Assembly: GCA_964106645.2 (NCBI GenBank)
Contig: OZ067038.1
Source: Podarcis pityusensis
Lineage: Eukaryota
Direction: 5' to 3' (one strand)
DNA: 64,000 nt
A program made the position numbers and the translations under genes. Numbering within the stretch: position 1 is the first letter of the stretch; every line of letters begins with the position of its first letter. Under the pieces are notes generated by a model. It was not told the DNA's origin, did not search any database, and worked only from the letters and a program-made list of their open reading frames with translations. Positions 1-12,888 of the stretch are shown piece after piece.

Positions 1-742
1 ATGCAGGAAGAAATGGCAAGCTAGGAGAAGTCAGGAAAGGGAGCCTTTATAATGTATCTTTATTCGTGCACACTGAGAAAGCTGTTTGATGGAGCTTTTC
101 CTGTCCATTCCCATCCTATGGAGGGTTTAATCGAAGCAAAACCTTCTAGAGAGATCTGAAGCTGGCAATGCAAAAAACCCCACCAGGCTATGTTCATTGG
201 CAAGCTATGACTGAATCCTGTATGAAGAGTTGGTTTATAAATGGATTTCATGACCTGCTGTTGAGGGAAGGTGCCTCCCTAGACACACCAGCAATCTGTT
301 GCAGACTGTGGAAGCGGGAATGAGTGTTCACTTTTGTTAATTTGAAGGTCTGATCATATACTTAGGGTGTGGGCAGATTCCATGCTTTGCTGGTTTGTTA
401 ACAGAACCTCAAGATCTACCAACAAGAGCCAGGTACAAAAGACATATAGTCCATACCTTGTTAGGATCAAGGCTAGTACGGGGACTCAGCAGTCTCAGGC
501 AACGGGTGTGAGGTACACAAGTTGAGTGGGAGCAGTAGTGGACATTCCTCCTGAGCCCCCTGGCCATGCCACTCTGTCGAAGGACAGTGCTGTGTGCGCA
601 CCATGCAGCATGCTAAGCTAGCTTGCTGCCTCCTGATGTGGTGCAGGACACTGTCTCTTCACTCGTGCAGAACTAAGATTCAACTGACAGTCCTGTCTGC
701 TGTTGGGATGGGCAAGAGGCAAAATGTTTTTTTGGACCACCT

Positions 743-1058
743 CTAGGACTTGCCGATCAGAAGGTTGGCGGTTCGAATCCCCGCGATGAGGTGAGCTCCC
801 ATTGCTCGGTCCCTGCTTCTGCCAACCTAGCAGTTCAAAAGCACGTCAAAGTGCAAGTAGATGAATAGGTACCACTCCAGTGGGAAGGTAAACGGCATTT
901 CCGTGCGCTGCTCTGGTTCGCCAGAAGCGGATTAGTCATGCTGGCCACATGACCCGGAAGCTGTACGCCGGCTCCCTCGGCTAATAAAGTGAGATGAGCA
1001 CCGCAACCTCAGAGTGGGTCACGGCTGGACCTAATGGTCAGGGGTCCCTTTACCTTTT
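743..1058 (+). mobile_element. Sauria SINE (5'-truncated)
   Basis: B-box-like GGTTCGAATCC near the 5' end, recognisable Sauria SINE body (CTAGCAGTTC..AAGCACGTCAAAGTGCAAGTAGAT..., CATGCTGGCCACATGACCCGGAAG) and 3' tail CCCTTTACCTTT. Confidence 0.9.
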
Positions 1059-1185
1059 AAAGCACATGGCACCCCCAAAGAATTCTGGGTGCTGTAGTTT
1101 GTTAAGGGTGTTGGGAACTATAGCTCTGGAAGGGGTACACTACAGTTCCCAGGATTTTTTTTGGGGGGGAGTTATGTGCTTTAAA
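1056..1185. mobile_element. Palindromic ~130 bp MITE-like repeat
   Basis: Perfect 12-bp terminal inverted repeat TTTAAAGCACAT/ATGTGCTTTAAA plus internal inverted CTGTAG/CTACAG arms; related copies at ~37647-37960 and 55487-55591. Confidence 0.75.
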
Positions 1186-2599
1186 TGTGTGAAGAACAGC
1201 ACAATTTGGGAGGAAGCGGAGTAAAGTGAGAGCTGAGTAAAAGATATGGACAGGCACCATTCTAGGAACAAAAGAGTGACATGTCAAAGAGTTGCCTCAG
1301 ATTTCTGTGATTCTGTGAAAACTGAAGGTTTTAGGGGGGTTCTTCCCATCAAAGCAAAAGCCCTGGAAAAAGAGAAATGTTAATGGAGTTAAGTGACAGA
1401 ACTGGTCCAGATGGGACTGGGGGATTGTGGGCTTCAAATTTGCCTGAAAAGGCAGCAAATGAAAGCACTCCTGAGAGACATGATAAAGGGGTATATTATA
1501 ACTGACTTTATTTTGTAGATTTTGGCTTTAAATTCTTGCTGAGAGGTTTGTTTCCTCCTTGAGGATTTCCTGTTAAATATAAAAGCTTAATGGAAGCTGT
1601 GAAATGGTTGCACTACGAATTAATCATTGAAGTTGATACTTCGAGATGAGCGAGGACTGGGACTTGAGTAGTTCCCAGAATTTTCGGTCCTCTGAGACTC
1701 CATGGCAGCTTTTATTTCCATTTTCCTTGATGTCAAAGTCCACTCTTCTGAACGCTGTTGGTAACTCTACCCAACAGAGGAAGTTTTCCTGTGCAATATG
1801 ATTCTCTTGCCCAGATTCTATTCATTTCACTGGGGCCAATCCAGGCAGCGATGGGACGTTCCTGGCAATTTTTCCATGCCCTAATTCAGCCTTAGCCTAA
1901 ACATCTGAAGGGCACCAGGGTGGCAAAGGTTGTCCTAAATGGTTTGGTGTGCTTGACTTATGTCTGGTAAGCAACATTTTTTTTTAATGTACGCTGGCTA
2001 ATTCCATTTAATATTTCAAAAGGTTTCCTCTCCACCATAGCACACAAATGTGGTTGCACAGAAATATTTGAAACAACAGGCGGGGGAGCCTTAATAAAGC
2101 ACACTTAAATGTTAGTGGCCTTTAACATTATATTCAAACAAATTCAAAGCTTTACTTGGAAATTATTTTTATGGAAATACCTGTAAATGTTTGCAGATGT
2201 TACAGTTCAACAGAATACACTTCCCATACATTATTTAAAGTTAAGGGAATATTTGAAGGCATTGAAAACTGTTAACCATAATTTTATCATATTGAAAGAG
2301 CGTTGTATATACACGTTTTCAATACGATTTCCCGGGATTTTAAACTCCCAAGTATTTTTTAAATCTCTGCTGTGATTGTTTCTAATGCTGCCTGTCACTG
2401 TTGCAAAGTATTTTATTTTTAAAAGTGCATATGAAAGAAAAAGACACAATACTTAATAGGCCAATGACCTGGAAAACTGGCGGGGGCAGCGGGAACCGTG
2501 GGAGGTGGAGGCTTAAAGGGACATGCCCTGTATCAGTAACTGTATCTCATCTTTATTTATTTGTTATTAAACCTGTTTATTAAGTTGGATCCAGACTAA

Positions 2600-2862
2600 A
2601 GGCTCATCCACACTTCTCTTTGCCCCACTGCTTATCTTTGGGGAAATCTGTGGTTTAGCATGGAATTGGAACAAATGGCAATGGGGTTTTCCATGGGTTG
2701 ATATTTATTCCAAATTAGCACTACAGTGTGGGTTTTCTGGGGGAAAGCGGCAAACCAAAGGCAAAGCTACTTGAACCCATGCCTAGAAAGCATGGGGTAA
2801 GCAGAAAAACACTTGAACCCATGCTTTCCGGGCATCGGACATGTGGAAGTGTGGACGAGTCC
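2600..2862. mobile_element. PIF/Harbinger-like MITE
   Basis: TIR AGGCTCATCCACACTT vs AAGTGTGGACGAGTCC, flanked by TAA on both sides (2597-2599, 2863-2865); related copy in opposite orientation at ~34466-34715. Confidence 0.6.
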
Positions 2863-4538
2863 TAAGTTAGCCATGCACTGGTACTATTGAAATCCATGCA
2901 ATATGTCAGGCATGACTAATCTAAATCCCATGGGGTTTAGTGGTTGGGGCTAAAGTGCCACTATTTGGCAGAGCTATGTTGTGGGGCTGGAAGAGGGATA
3001 ATTCATGGCATGTCTGGAATGAGCCAGCTCCCATGGAAGGTTTGCAGCCAATGGAAGAAAGCAGCCAGGAACAGAGAGAATTAATTTTCACGCAGGATGA
3101 ACAGCAGCTAGTGCCAACTCCCCCTCCCCTTGGAATGCTGTTCAATAAGGGAACAGCTGAGAGTGGGCTGGAACTCAGTCAAAGCTCTCGGGAAGTTCAA
3201 AGCGGCGGGAACAGAGAGGAAGTAGTTTGTCAGAAAGGGAGGAGGGGGGAGCTGATCCAATCCCTCCTCAGAGTTGGCTAAAGGGAGGGCTGTTAGACCA
3301 GAAACAAAACAAGAGATGTAAGACGCGAAAGTTCTCCATCTTCTGTAGAAGAAAATGGAAGGAGTCTTCAGAAGGGTCATCTTGACTGATGATGTCGGAA
3401 GCTGTGTTAGAGCCACCTGGAGCTATCTGTTTGTTTTGACAATAGATCATCCTTTTTAATTAACTACGCTTACTGTGTTATCAAGCTGGGAACCTGGACT
3501 CCTGACATGGCAGAAGAACCACCAAATCCACAGCTTTGCCAGTTTCTTGCCAGTCAGTGGGGAAAGTGGGGAAAGAATGGTTGGAGAGGGTAGGCTGACG
3601 AAAAGGATGCCAACTCCAAGGCTGGCATATTTTCCCTTCTTTGTTGGAGGGTGTGATGGAAGGGCTTTGAACCCTGTGTGTGCAAACCTTCCTAAAGTTC
3701 CCTGACACAGCCCTTCATCCCTATGCCTGTTAGAGCACCAATGAGGAAGATGGATGGCCACAGAAGTTCTGGCACCTGCCACAAAGAGACCTCCTTCTCT
3801 GCCTGCGGATCTCCCACTCCACTCGTTTTTCGAAGTGGAAAATTTCCCATGGAAGAATGATAGGAATGGAAACATCATTATCCACAGGAGGGTCTCTCAC
3901 TGCATTGTGTGTCCTACCGATGCTTTGTTATGTCATCTGTTTAAAACAATTTGCTTTAACTCATCCACAAAGCAGCCACTCCCACCCGGGGCTTGATCAA
4001 CTGGAAGATGATCACGCATGTGGTAGGCCATGCATGTGGCTGCTGTCCTGTGCTCACTTCCAGTTGGTGGGTCTGATCACAGGATGTGCAGGCTTGGTTT
4101 AAAGAGACCCCGTGACACTTTCCCCCAAACTGCTGTAGCAACACTGATGTAGCATAATCTGCAAGCATTCAAATTTGTGCTGCCACTTCTCACTTCCTAC
4201 ACACTTCCCAATCCACATTCCCATAATTAAAAAGGTGGCTACTGCTTCTACTGTGAGAAAGTCTCTTTTCTGCTGCTCATGGCTTTGAAGTAACTAGGGA
4301 AGTGCCAGTGTGTTTGATGCCTCTTACTTTGTTATTTGACCAGACACCTTTTTCCTGGCAGGGTGCATGTTTAGGAAATAAAGACTACCTCACCTGTAGG
4401 TAACAAGACTCTAACCGGTGCTACAGTTTCAAAACTAGTAAACTGAAATAAGATAATGAATTGCTAGTAATTGCACACTTCTGTAAATGTATTTGCACAG
4501 GTACACAACTATCTGATTGCATGCCCAGAACAGGATAA

Positions 4539-4540
<2 letters not shown>

Positions 4541-4580
<40 letters not shown>

Positions 4581-4700
4581 TTTTATTTATACCCCGCCCT
4601 CCCCAGCCAAGGCTGGGCTCAGGGCAGCTTACAAGCAATAATAAAAACAAGTTGAATGATTACAACTTAAAAACAAAATTAAAATACAACATTATTTTAT
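4541..4700 (-). mobile_element. L2-type LINE 3' tail with (TAA)n microsatellite
   Basis: (TAA)13 followed by TTTATTTATACCCCGCCCTCCCCAGCC...GGGCAGCTTACA, the reverse complement of an L2-type terminal stem-loop and tail. Confidence 0.65.
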
Positions 4701-6204
4701 TATTAAGGTAGTGGAAAGCAGGGCAGTAGTTTCTGAAGGGAGATGGAAACCTTCCATCAAGGACCGCTCACTGTTGTGATTAGGAAAGAGTGGTATAGCT
4801 ATGAAAAGTGGAAGACTCAAACTACATGTGTGTGGATCATTGTATGCCAATCATGCACACATTAAAAAAAGGATCTCAATTTTCTGTTGATTTATTTTTA
4901 ATCAAACTGCATTTTTTGAAAACAGAGTTTGTGGAAACATTCTCAAATCTGAATCAGAATGCTGTTAAATAAACAAGTCTTGTGCATACCAACAGCCTTT
5001 CCTTCCCAAGTCATGTTATATAAACTAATTGAAGGTAATTCTGCAATTTCCCATTATTCTATTAAATGTACTCTATGGATTATTTTTGCTCAGCTGGCAG
5101 GGCCTCCATCACTCTGCATGGATGATTGCCCCAAACATTGACCATTCTCAGTATGGAAATGTCTCAAACGCTTGTTAAGTACAGACATGTGGCTACTTAA
5201 TCGATCCACTGCTTTGCCTTAAAAGAGCAACTTTAGATGCTCCAAGCAGATGTGAAAAGTTAAGTGTAGTCAACAAATAAATGAAAAAAGATTGCTACTT
5301 CCAACTCTTTTCCTAACTAATCAGATGTTAATACTTGGGCTGAATGCTCCTTTTTGGTCAGCTAAATAGTAGAAGCTGATCACAGTGTGTGATGCATTCT
5401 GAGGAAATTCAGTGAGATTCTCCCCTTTGGTTTTAAATTGCCTCATTTGTGGATGGAAGTGGCTTGTTTTCTTTAAAACCCTGACATTTAAAAGCACTTA
5501 TTTCAAGTAGGGAAGAGGAACAACAACAACAACAAAAACATAGCTCCACCCAACACTTTCACCATCTCACTTCCTTTCTGATCTGTTTCAAGTGCAACAG
5601 GAACACACAGACAAATGTGTTCAGAAGAAAATCTCATTTCCACCTTAAATGGTGCTTCAGAATTTCCAATTCACACTGTTGCCATTTTTACAGAAATTGA
5701 TGGCTGCCTTTGTTATCAAAGCTGACAGGCCTCTAGTAAGGCTGCATAATTGTCTTGAGCTGCCCATGCCTTTCATTATTCCTAAATGGCAGATTCTCAT
5801 GATATCTCTCTTTCATAGGCATCCCTCATTTTTATTTCTTATTTGACATGGCTTCTCCATTCTTCTTCTGCTGGGGTGCTAAGATAAAACAACAACTCCT
5901 TGGAAGCTAAAGGAGCAACAGCGCCAATCTACTCTAGATGCAGCTGGCTGTGCTTTCTCCTCCCTGTGCCTTTCCAAATATTTACATTCAAGTTCACAGA
6001 GATGAAGCAATGGATGCAAGGCTAGAAAAATAAAGTCTTTGCCACCAAGATCAATGTTTTAGAAGTCAAGATCAATTTTCATGGTACCAGATCAGTGTAC
6101 GGCTTAACTAAATTTACAGATTCTTGGCAGCAAATCTAATATTTTTTTCCAGCTGTGGTGGCACTGTTACTTTCTGAATTTTGGAAATGATTCTCCACTT
6201 AGAG

Positions 6205-6327
6205 CAGGGGTGCCCCAACTTTTTTCCAAAGAGGGCCAGATTTGATGAAGTGAACATGCCACAGGGGCTGGATTGAACTGACCGGTGGGCCAAATTAGGC
6301 TCCCAAAATGGACTTTGGACATGCCTG
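6205..6327. mobile_element. hAT (Charlie/Buster-type) MITE
   Basis: CAGGGGTG...CATGCCTG termini; perfect 8-bp TSD ACTTAGAG at 6197-6204 and 6328-6335. Confidence 0.85.
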
Positions 6328-6340
6328 ACTTAGAGCACTC

Positions 6341-6485
6341 TAGGGTCGCCATATTTTGAAGAGCAAAAATCAAGGCAGATTTGCTGACTTCTACTTTTAA
6401 CGATAGATCGCTATGACGACTCTCATTTTACATACCCATGAAAAAGAGGATGCGTCCTGGAAAAAGAGGACATTTGGCAACCCTG
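6341..6485. mobile_element. hAT (Blackjack-like) MITE
   Basis: TIR TAGGGTCGCCATA / ATTTGGCAACCCTG. Confidence 0.55.
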
Positions 6486-6566
6486 GCATTGGCCATTTGT
6501 GCTACACCATTCTACTGCTGTGCTGACTCGTGCTCAGTCGTGCATCATGTTTTTCAAATTACAGTA

Positions 6567-6807
6567 CAGTCGTACCTCAGCTCCCGAATGCCTTGGGAGT
6601 CAAACATTCTGGCTCTTGAAAGATTGAAAACCGGAAATGAATGTTCCGGTTTTCAAACATATTTTTGGAAGCCGAATGTCCGGCCCGGCTTCCGTTATTG
6701 TTTTCTGCACACCTGCGCAATCGGAAACCAATCGGTAGCTGCACCTTGGTCTCCGAAGTTGAACACACTTCCAGAACGGATTTCATTTGACTTCCAAGGT
6801 ATGACTG
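6567..6807. mobile_element. Tc1/mariner-pogo (Tigger-like) MITE
   Basis: TIR CAGTCGTACCT / AGGTATGACTG flanked by TA dinucleotides. Confidence 0.85.
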
Positions 6808-7584
6808 TATTTGCAACTCCTTGTGTCACATTTCAAGTTCAGATTTTTTTTTTTATGAATAAGTTTATAAACACCAGTCCTAAAACAGATCGTTGAGGAA
6901 ATCCACTTCTTACATAAGCATCTGATTCCTGCTCTGGTCCTGGTCACCAACCCATATAAAGGACCTGTCTTTTTATCCCACAAATGACACATTTTTCCCC
7001 AAGACCCTTTGGTGACTGACTGTCAAAAGTTATTTAATAGTCCAACTTTTAGAATGGAATAACTCCTACCCACAGCCCTTACATCTTTCACAGTGAAGAC
7101 AAATGCAAAGAGTTCATTTAGCTTCTCTGCAACCTACTTTTCTTCTTTTAACTCCCTTTCATCCACTGATCCATCCATCTCACTAGATGGTTTCCTGCTT
7201 CTGATCTATTTTAATAATTCTTTATTGTTGGTCCTTGCTTTTAGTTATATGCGCCTTAATTTTTCCTTTCCTTTTTCTGTATCCTGTATTATCTGCTTGC
7301 ATTTCTTTTGTCAAAACCCCTCTTTGTGTCATTTGGAGTCCTTGGGCACAACTTCCATCACTTGAAGAAAATTCAACTAACTTTTTTGGAGGGGGAGGGG
7401 GGAGATGCTGGATAACCTTACTGCAGAACTCTTTTTTTTTTTTTTGGCAATTAATCATAGCATTTAATCGGGTAAAAACGTGCTGTTCTTGTGAGCTTTG
7501 AGAACGGAAAAGGGGACCAGAGGGAGCCAAGCAAAATGCAAGTGGTGACAGTTTATCTGGTGACAACGTGGTGTTCATTATGTA

Positions 7585-9810
7585 TTTTTAAAAATAATAT
7601 TTATTAATTTAATTAATTAATTAATTAATTATTAATTTATTTGTTAATTAATTTAAACACAACAAAACAACAACAAAAAAACATTAAAAAACATAAAACT
7701 AACAAAACAAGACACAAACCATTTAAAACACAAAACAATTTCAATATCTTATCTTTCATTCCCTTATTTCCACGACCTCCTCACACCTCCCTTTTTGTAT
7801 TCCACTTCTATTAATTGTTTCAGCAATTCTTTCCATCTTCCTCTGTTTTCTATCCTATAATTATCTTAACATATTCTAACCTTATTTTTCCCTTTAATAC
7901 TCTATTAATCTATTTATACTTGATTCCTTATAACATTTCTACTAAAGCCATATAACTTCATTCCAACATTTTTCTAACATTCATTATTTTTACAATATTT
8001 CTATAAATAATCTTAAGCTTTTTCCAATCTTCTTCCACCGACTCTTCTCCCTGGTCTCGGATTTCTGCCAGTCGTTTCCGCCAATTCCATATAGTCCATC
8101 AACTTCATCTGCCATTCTTCCTGAATAGATAAATCTTGTGTCTTCCAGTACTTCACAATGAGTATTCTTGCTGCTATTGTTACATACATGAACAAAATTC
8201 TATCCTTCTTTAACACCAATTGGCCGACCATGCCCAGGAGAAAGGCCTCTGGTTTCTTCAAAAGGGTATATTTAAATACCTTTTTCATTTCGTTATGAAT
8301 CATCTCCCAAAGTGTCTTAATCCTTGGGCATGTTGACCAAAGGTGAACTCTAATCCTCAAATTCGTCTGTTTTTCTTTAAGTTCAGTCATAACAAGCGTC
8401 AACGTATGTTCATCAAATTGCCTCTGTAGGGCTGGGGCTCTCTTTCTCTTTCTCTCCAGTTGTGTTACTTTACATTCAGCAACAACAGCTTTTTCCCTGG
8501 CTTCCTCCGCAGTTTGCCGTATCAAAGTAGGTTCCTGTATCAATTTCTGGGTGGTTTCTATATTGGTATTATTTATACTTTCTATATTTAAGTTAATTTT
8601 AGTAATTGAAACATCCACTTTCACATTTATCGTGTCCATTTTCCTGTTAAGCTGATCCAGTGAGTCATTTATCTTATATAATGCAGCCACTAAAGCCTCT
8701 TCTGTCGACATTCCTCTTGGTTTTAAATATACTGGTACAAAGGCAGCAACAGAAGGAGCAGGGGGGCCTGATGATGGACCTCTCCTGGATTCTTGCCAAG
8801 TCCTCCTAGACCTTAATGTTTTGTCAGCAGTTGACTGGTCTGTTTTTCCTCTTCCATTTACCATAACACTTAAAAGATTCAAGGTCAGTCCCAGAGTCTC
8901 ACGGTTTTTCACTTGCAGCTGGAAATTCCCCTAGCCCAGCTCTTGTAAAGCAACCGGTTTCAAAGGCTTCCACTAGGGGGAAACAGTTTCTATTTGTAAT
9001 AGTCAATAGTATCCTCTTTTAAACAATCCAAAATTAGTTTCAAATTAGTTTCAATTTTCAGTTACTTTTACTCCTTTTTAAAGCAGCCGGAGACAGTAGA
9101 AACAATGTATTTCTCTTGTTTAACTAGCTGTCAATGAATGTTCTAAACGCTGTCAATGAACATTCCGAAAGACGTCAGTTCTGCTAGCAGCCCGTTTCCA
9201 GGGTCAGAGCGGCGGTGTTTTAAATCTCTTCACTCTCTCCCACAGGCATACTCAATCCGCAACTTCCCCCTCTCTTCTCCTGCCTCCAAGAGGGGGTTTA
9301 ATGTTCTTTACCGATGGAAATTTAATCTTTTACGAAAGACTTTCCAGGACTCCAGCTTGCAACTTCATTGCCTCAGTCTATTTACAAAAGGGGAAGGCGG
9401 ACTTCCTGTTTTGAACCTCCCCGTTACGGTACCAAATTAAACATTTAGAAATCCAATTCTTCCGCTTCAGCTCTACTCACAGGTAATTACTTTAAAGTCA
9501 AATTGTCCACAGGAAAAGGTCAGCGCTCTCCGGCAACAGCTATGCAGCTTCGCTCCGTGGAAGAAGCAGACGATTCGATGCACCGCGCCGCTCACACCAC
9601 GTCGCTCCGGAGCCCCAAAAACCGGGGCTCCCCGCGAGTGGGGGAGGCGCAAAAGGTGCCCGCCGAATCCCACGCTCACAGGCTTCTCCTGCCTGTGATT
9701 TTAATGGGTCTCCACCTTCGCCGTGGCGGCCAGACCCAGATTCCCACGGAGCAGATTCCTCCCGGTCAGAGGAATTCCGCCATTACCAGAGGCACCTCCC
9801 TGGAAGTCCC
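7585..9810 (-). mobile_element. L1 LINE, internally deleted: 5'UTR + ORF1 N-terminus + ORF2 C-terminus + 3'UTR
   Basis: Minus strand starts GGGACTTCC at 9810 with a CpG-rich 5'UTR; ORF1-like coiled coil ending in NLRIR; then ORF2 C-terminal motifs HLWSTCP..WEMIHNE..KKPEAFLLG..ARILIVKYWK..EEWQMKL; T-rich 3'UTR and AATAAA (tttatt at 7600-7605). Confidence 0.85.
8013..8912 (-). pseudogene. Chimeric L1 ORF1(N-term/coiled coil)::ORF2(C-term) reading frame, 299 codons
   Basis: Track ORF; first ATG at 8864; fusion point at ~8346-8348 (NLRIR|V|HLWSTC); the last ~17 residues appear frameshifted relative to the ORF2 end seen in the other L1 copies (RIRDQEE..DWKKF). Confidence 0.75.
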
Positions 9811-10399
9811 TTACCACAGAACTCACTTGTGCGCTTGCAGCAGTTTCTAGAGGACAGGTTTGAAGGGACAAAAATGCCAGGAAATCAAAATAATTGAAAA
9901 AGGCTGTCTAATCCCTGGCTGCAGATCAACGAATGCTCCCAACACGCAGTGTTCCACCATCAGAGAGCTTGTGCATTGCGTAAGAATAACCACAAAATGA
10001 ATCCTCATTATCATCCACAACTCCATAACATTTTCATGTGCTTCTCAAGCATAATACGGTTGTAATTCTTACAACAACCCATTATTATCCTACAACGTAT
10101 ATTATTTTACTAATCGGAAGATGCCAGTTTTATGAAGTATATATTAAAATTAATTTTAAAAGAAATAAATAGAGTGTGTCAGTAAAAAAAAAAAAAGATT
10201 AGTCACAAGAATGTGAGCATGTGCAACATCTATCCACTAAATTACAAGCCCACTCCATCATGCATCCTCTTTGGTTCTGGCAGATTTTGATGCCTCTGAA
10301 AACCCTAGTCATGTGCCCACTTGACTGCTTCGATCAGTGGAATTAGTATTACTACAGGCGCCACATAATTCTCATTCTGCATTGGTAAATCCTTGATTG

Positions 10400-11150
10400 T
10401 TTAGTGTGGCAGCACCTGCACTTTGGCACATGCTACGTATTGAGATCAAGCAGGCCTTCACTGTACAGTGGTACCTTGGTTCTCAAACACCTTGGTACTC
10501 AAACAACTTGGAACCCAAACACTGCAAACCTGGAAGTAAGTGTTCCAATTTGTGAACATTTCATGCTCTGTTTTGAGTGTTACGCTTCCAATTTGAGTGC
10601 CACACTTCCATTTTGAGTGTTACGCTGAGGTCTGTCTGTTTTTGCTATTTATTTTGAGTTTTTGTTTTTGTGGTTTTTTTGTTTTGTTTTTGTGACTGTG
10701 TAGAACCCAGTTCAGCTACTGATTGATTGATTGTGTGGCTGCAGTACATTGTTTGTTTATTGTTTTCATTTTATGGATCAATGGTCTGGTTGTTAAATTG
10801 CTGTTTTAGGGGTTGCTTTTAAAAGTCTGGAATGCATTACTTTCTATGGGAAAGCACACCTCAGTTTTGGAACGCTTTGGTATTGGAATGGACTTTCGGA
10901 ACGGGTTAAGTCGGAGAACCAAGGTACCACTGTTCTCTTTTTGGCACCTACTAAAAACATTCTTGTTTAGACAAGCCTACCCAGATGCTTACAATTTTCA
11001 GGTAATTTTAATCGGATTTAGCATTTTAACTTTTGCATGTTTTAAAGTATGGTTGCAAATTTTTCTTGAAGTTTCTTGTTTTATTTTATTTTTTGTAAAC
11101 TACTTTGAGGTTTGTTTTTTTTCTTTCTTTCAATCAAGCAGTATATAAAT
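10400..11150 (+). mobile_element. L2-like LINE 3' fragment interrupted by a MITE
   Basis: CCTTCACTGTA|..CTCTTTTTGGCACCTACTAAAAACATTCTTGTTTAGACAAGCCTACCCAGA matches the uninterrupted copy at ~33488-33550. Confidence 0.6.
10466..10932. mobile_element. Tc1/mariner-pogo (Tigger-like) MITE
   Basis: Perfect TIR CAGTGGTACCTTGGTTCTC / GAGAACCAAGGTACCACTG; left TA TSD intact, right reads TT. Confidence 0.9.
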
Positions 11151-11265
11151 TTTAAGCAGAGGCTGGATGGTCATCTGCCATGGATGCTTTAGCTGAAATT
11201 CCTGCATTGCAGGGGGTTGGACTAGATGGCTTTTGAAGTCCCTTCCAGCTCTAAGATTCTATGAT
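11150..11265 (+). mobile_element. CR1 LINE 3' end fragment
   Basis: TTTAAGCAGAGGCTGGATGG...GGGGGTTGGACTAGATG...CCCTTCCAGCTCTAAGATTCTATGATT CR1-type tail. Confidence 0.8.
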
Positions 11266-12282
11266 TTTTTAATGAAATAATAAATAAATAACTAGAACCA
11301 AAGGCAACAGATCTGAGCTGTGAGAAGCTTTAGGGTGGGAAAGCTGCGTGGAACAGGTAGGGAGGTAACTCAGTCAATTATGCCTCCCCTTTTTTCTCGC
11401 AAGTGTTTTAAATATTTCAGCTTGAGCTATAATCTGTGTTGATGGTTCCCTTTGATATCTCAATCATTGATTTGGAGCAGTTCAAAGAGACACCTTTTGA
11501 TATGAGGCACAGTCAAAACCGCCAGAGTAAACTTCTTATCCCACTTCTGACTGAGGTTGTAACTGCGAGTAAGGCTCTACCAATTAGACAATGTTAGACA
11601 AACAGAAAGATTCTTTGGAGGATGCTAGATAGCATAATTTAATGAACTGATACTTGCCTGTAAGCTTACACATCTCAGTTTCTTTTATAAGCACCAGCCT
11701 CAGAGTGGGGCTTAAGCAGCTGATCACTGCATAGATAAGGCATTTGAATTTTGCACTCCTGTCCTCACAATTATGTGTTTAAAAGAAAATGCCCCCCCCC
11801 CCATTTTTCCAAGGCTTCTGTAATTACTTTTAGTTCAGGTTGATTTGCTATCTTCTTACAGGTAATGAAAGTCAGATGGGAAATTGCGAAACTTTAGCCT
11901 GAAGTCAATCACCTTGTTAATTCAGAAACCTTGAACACAAACTTCACTTGTGCATTTCATTCATCCCTGCTAAAGAAACAATGCTGGGAGAGCAGGATGA
12001 AAAGCGCCAGGAAGAAATGAAACAGGATCATTTAGGCAATAGCAACACCACCTGAAGGGACATAAAGGCAATAGAAAAGAAGGATGCTTTTGAATCACAC
12101 ACCCAAATACTGGAGTGAGCAATTCAAATGACAAGCCCCAGCAGAGCGTGCCATCCATGCCTACCTTTTAAAAATTGGCTGGGTCTGGGATCTGTCGTTT
12201 AAATTTCTCTCATTGGTCCTGATGCACTGTTGCTCCATGGTATTGTAGGTAATTAAAATAGCATCTCCAAAACCCAACTACA

Positions 12283-12650
12283 GACCCTCCAAATGTCTCT
12301 ATTTCCCAGGGACATTCCTGGATTTACAGAAGCCATCCCAGTTTCTGATTTGATCCCATAATGTCCTGCTTTTCCTTAGGATGTATGTCCCTATTTTCAT
12401 TGGAGAAATGTTGGAGGGTATAGAGCTTTGTGACTCCTGAGCCAAGGAGACAAATAACTATACAACCTTTAGAAGACATCTGAAGGCAGCCCTGTATACA
12501 GAAGTTTTTTAAAAATGTTTCATGTTTTATTATAGCTTTTTATATATAGGAAGCCACCCAGAGTGGCTGGGCAACCCAGTGAGATGGGCAGGGTAAGTTG
12601 TTGTTGTTGAATAGGACGTCTTTATTTTCATCAGAGAAATGTTGGAGAGT
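12283..12650. repeat. Interspersed repeat carrying an L2-type tail piece (~12470-12600)
   Basis: GACCCTCCAA..TGTC(C)CTATTTT..GGAGAAATGTTGGAG motif occurs twice here and in related form at ~62900-62940 and ~63470-63560. Confidence 0.5.
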
Positions 12651-12659
12651 CTGCAGCTA

Positions 12660-12888
12660 CAGTGGTACCTCTAGATGCGAACGGGATCTGTTCCGGAGCC
12701 CCGTTCGCATCTAGAAGCAAACGTAACCAGCGATGGCATGTCTGCACATGTGTGTGACGTAATTTTGAGTGTCTGCGCATGCGCAAGCAGCGAAGACCGG
12801 AAGTAACACACTCCGTTACTTCTGGGTTGCCACGGAGCGCAACTCGAACATGCTCATCCTGAAGCACATTCAACCCGAGGTATGGCTG
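12660..12888. mobile_element. Tc1/mariner-pogo (Tigger-like) MITE
   Basis: TIR CAGTGGTACCTC / GAGGTATGGCTG, TA on both sides. Confidence 0.85.

Noticed and set aside
2940-3420. 113-aa acidic/proline ORF
   Set aside because: No recognisable domain; resembles decayed LTR-type sequence whose boundaries I cannot define
9503-9850. Antisense ORF in the L1 5'UTR as an ORF0 analogue
   Set aside because: GC-rich sequence with few stops by composition; it runs past the element boundary and shows no recognisable motif
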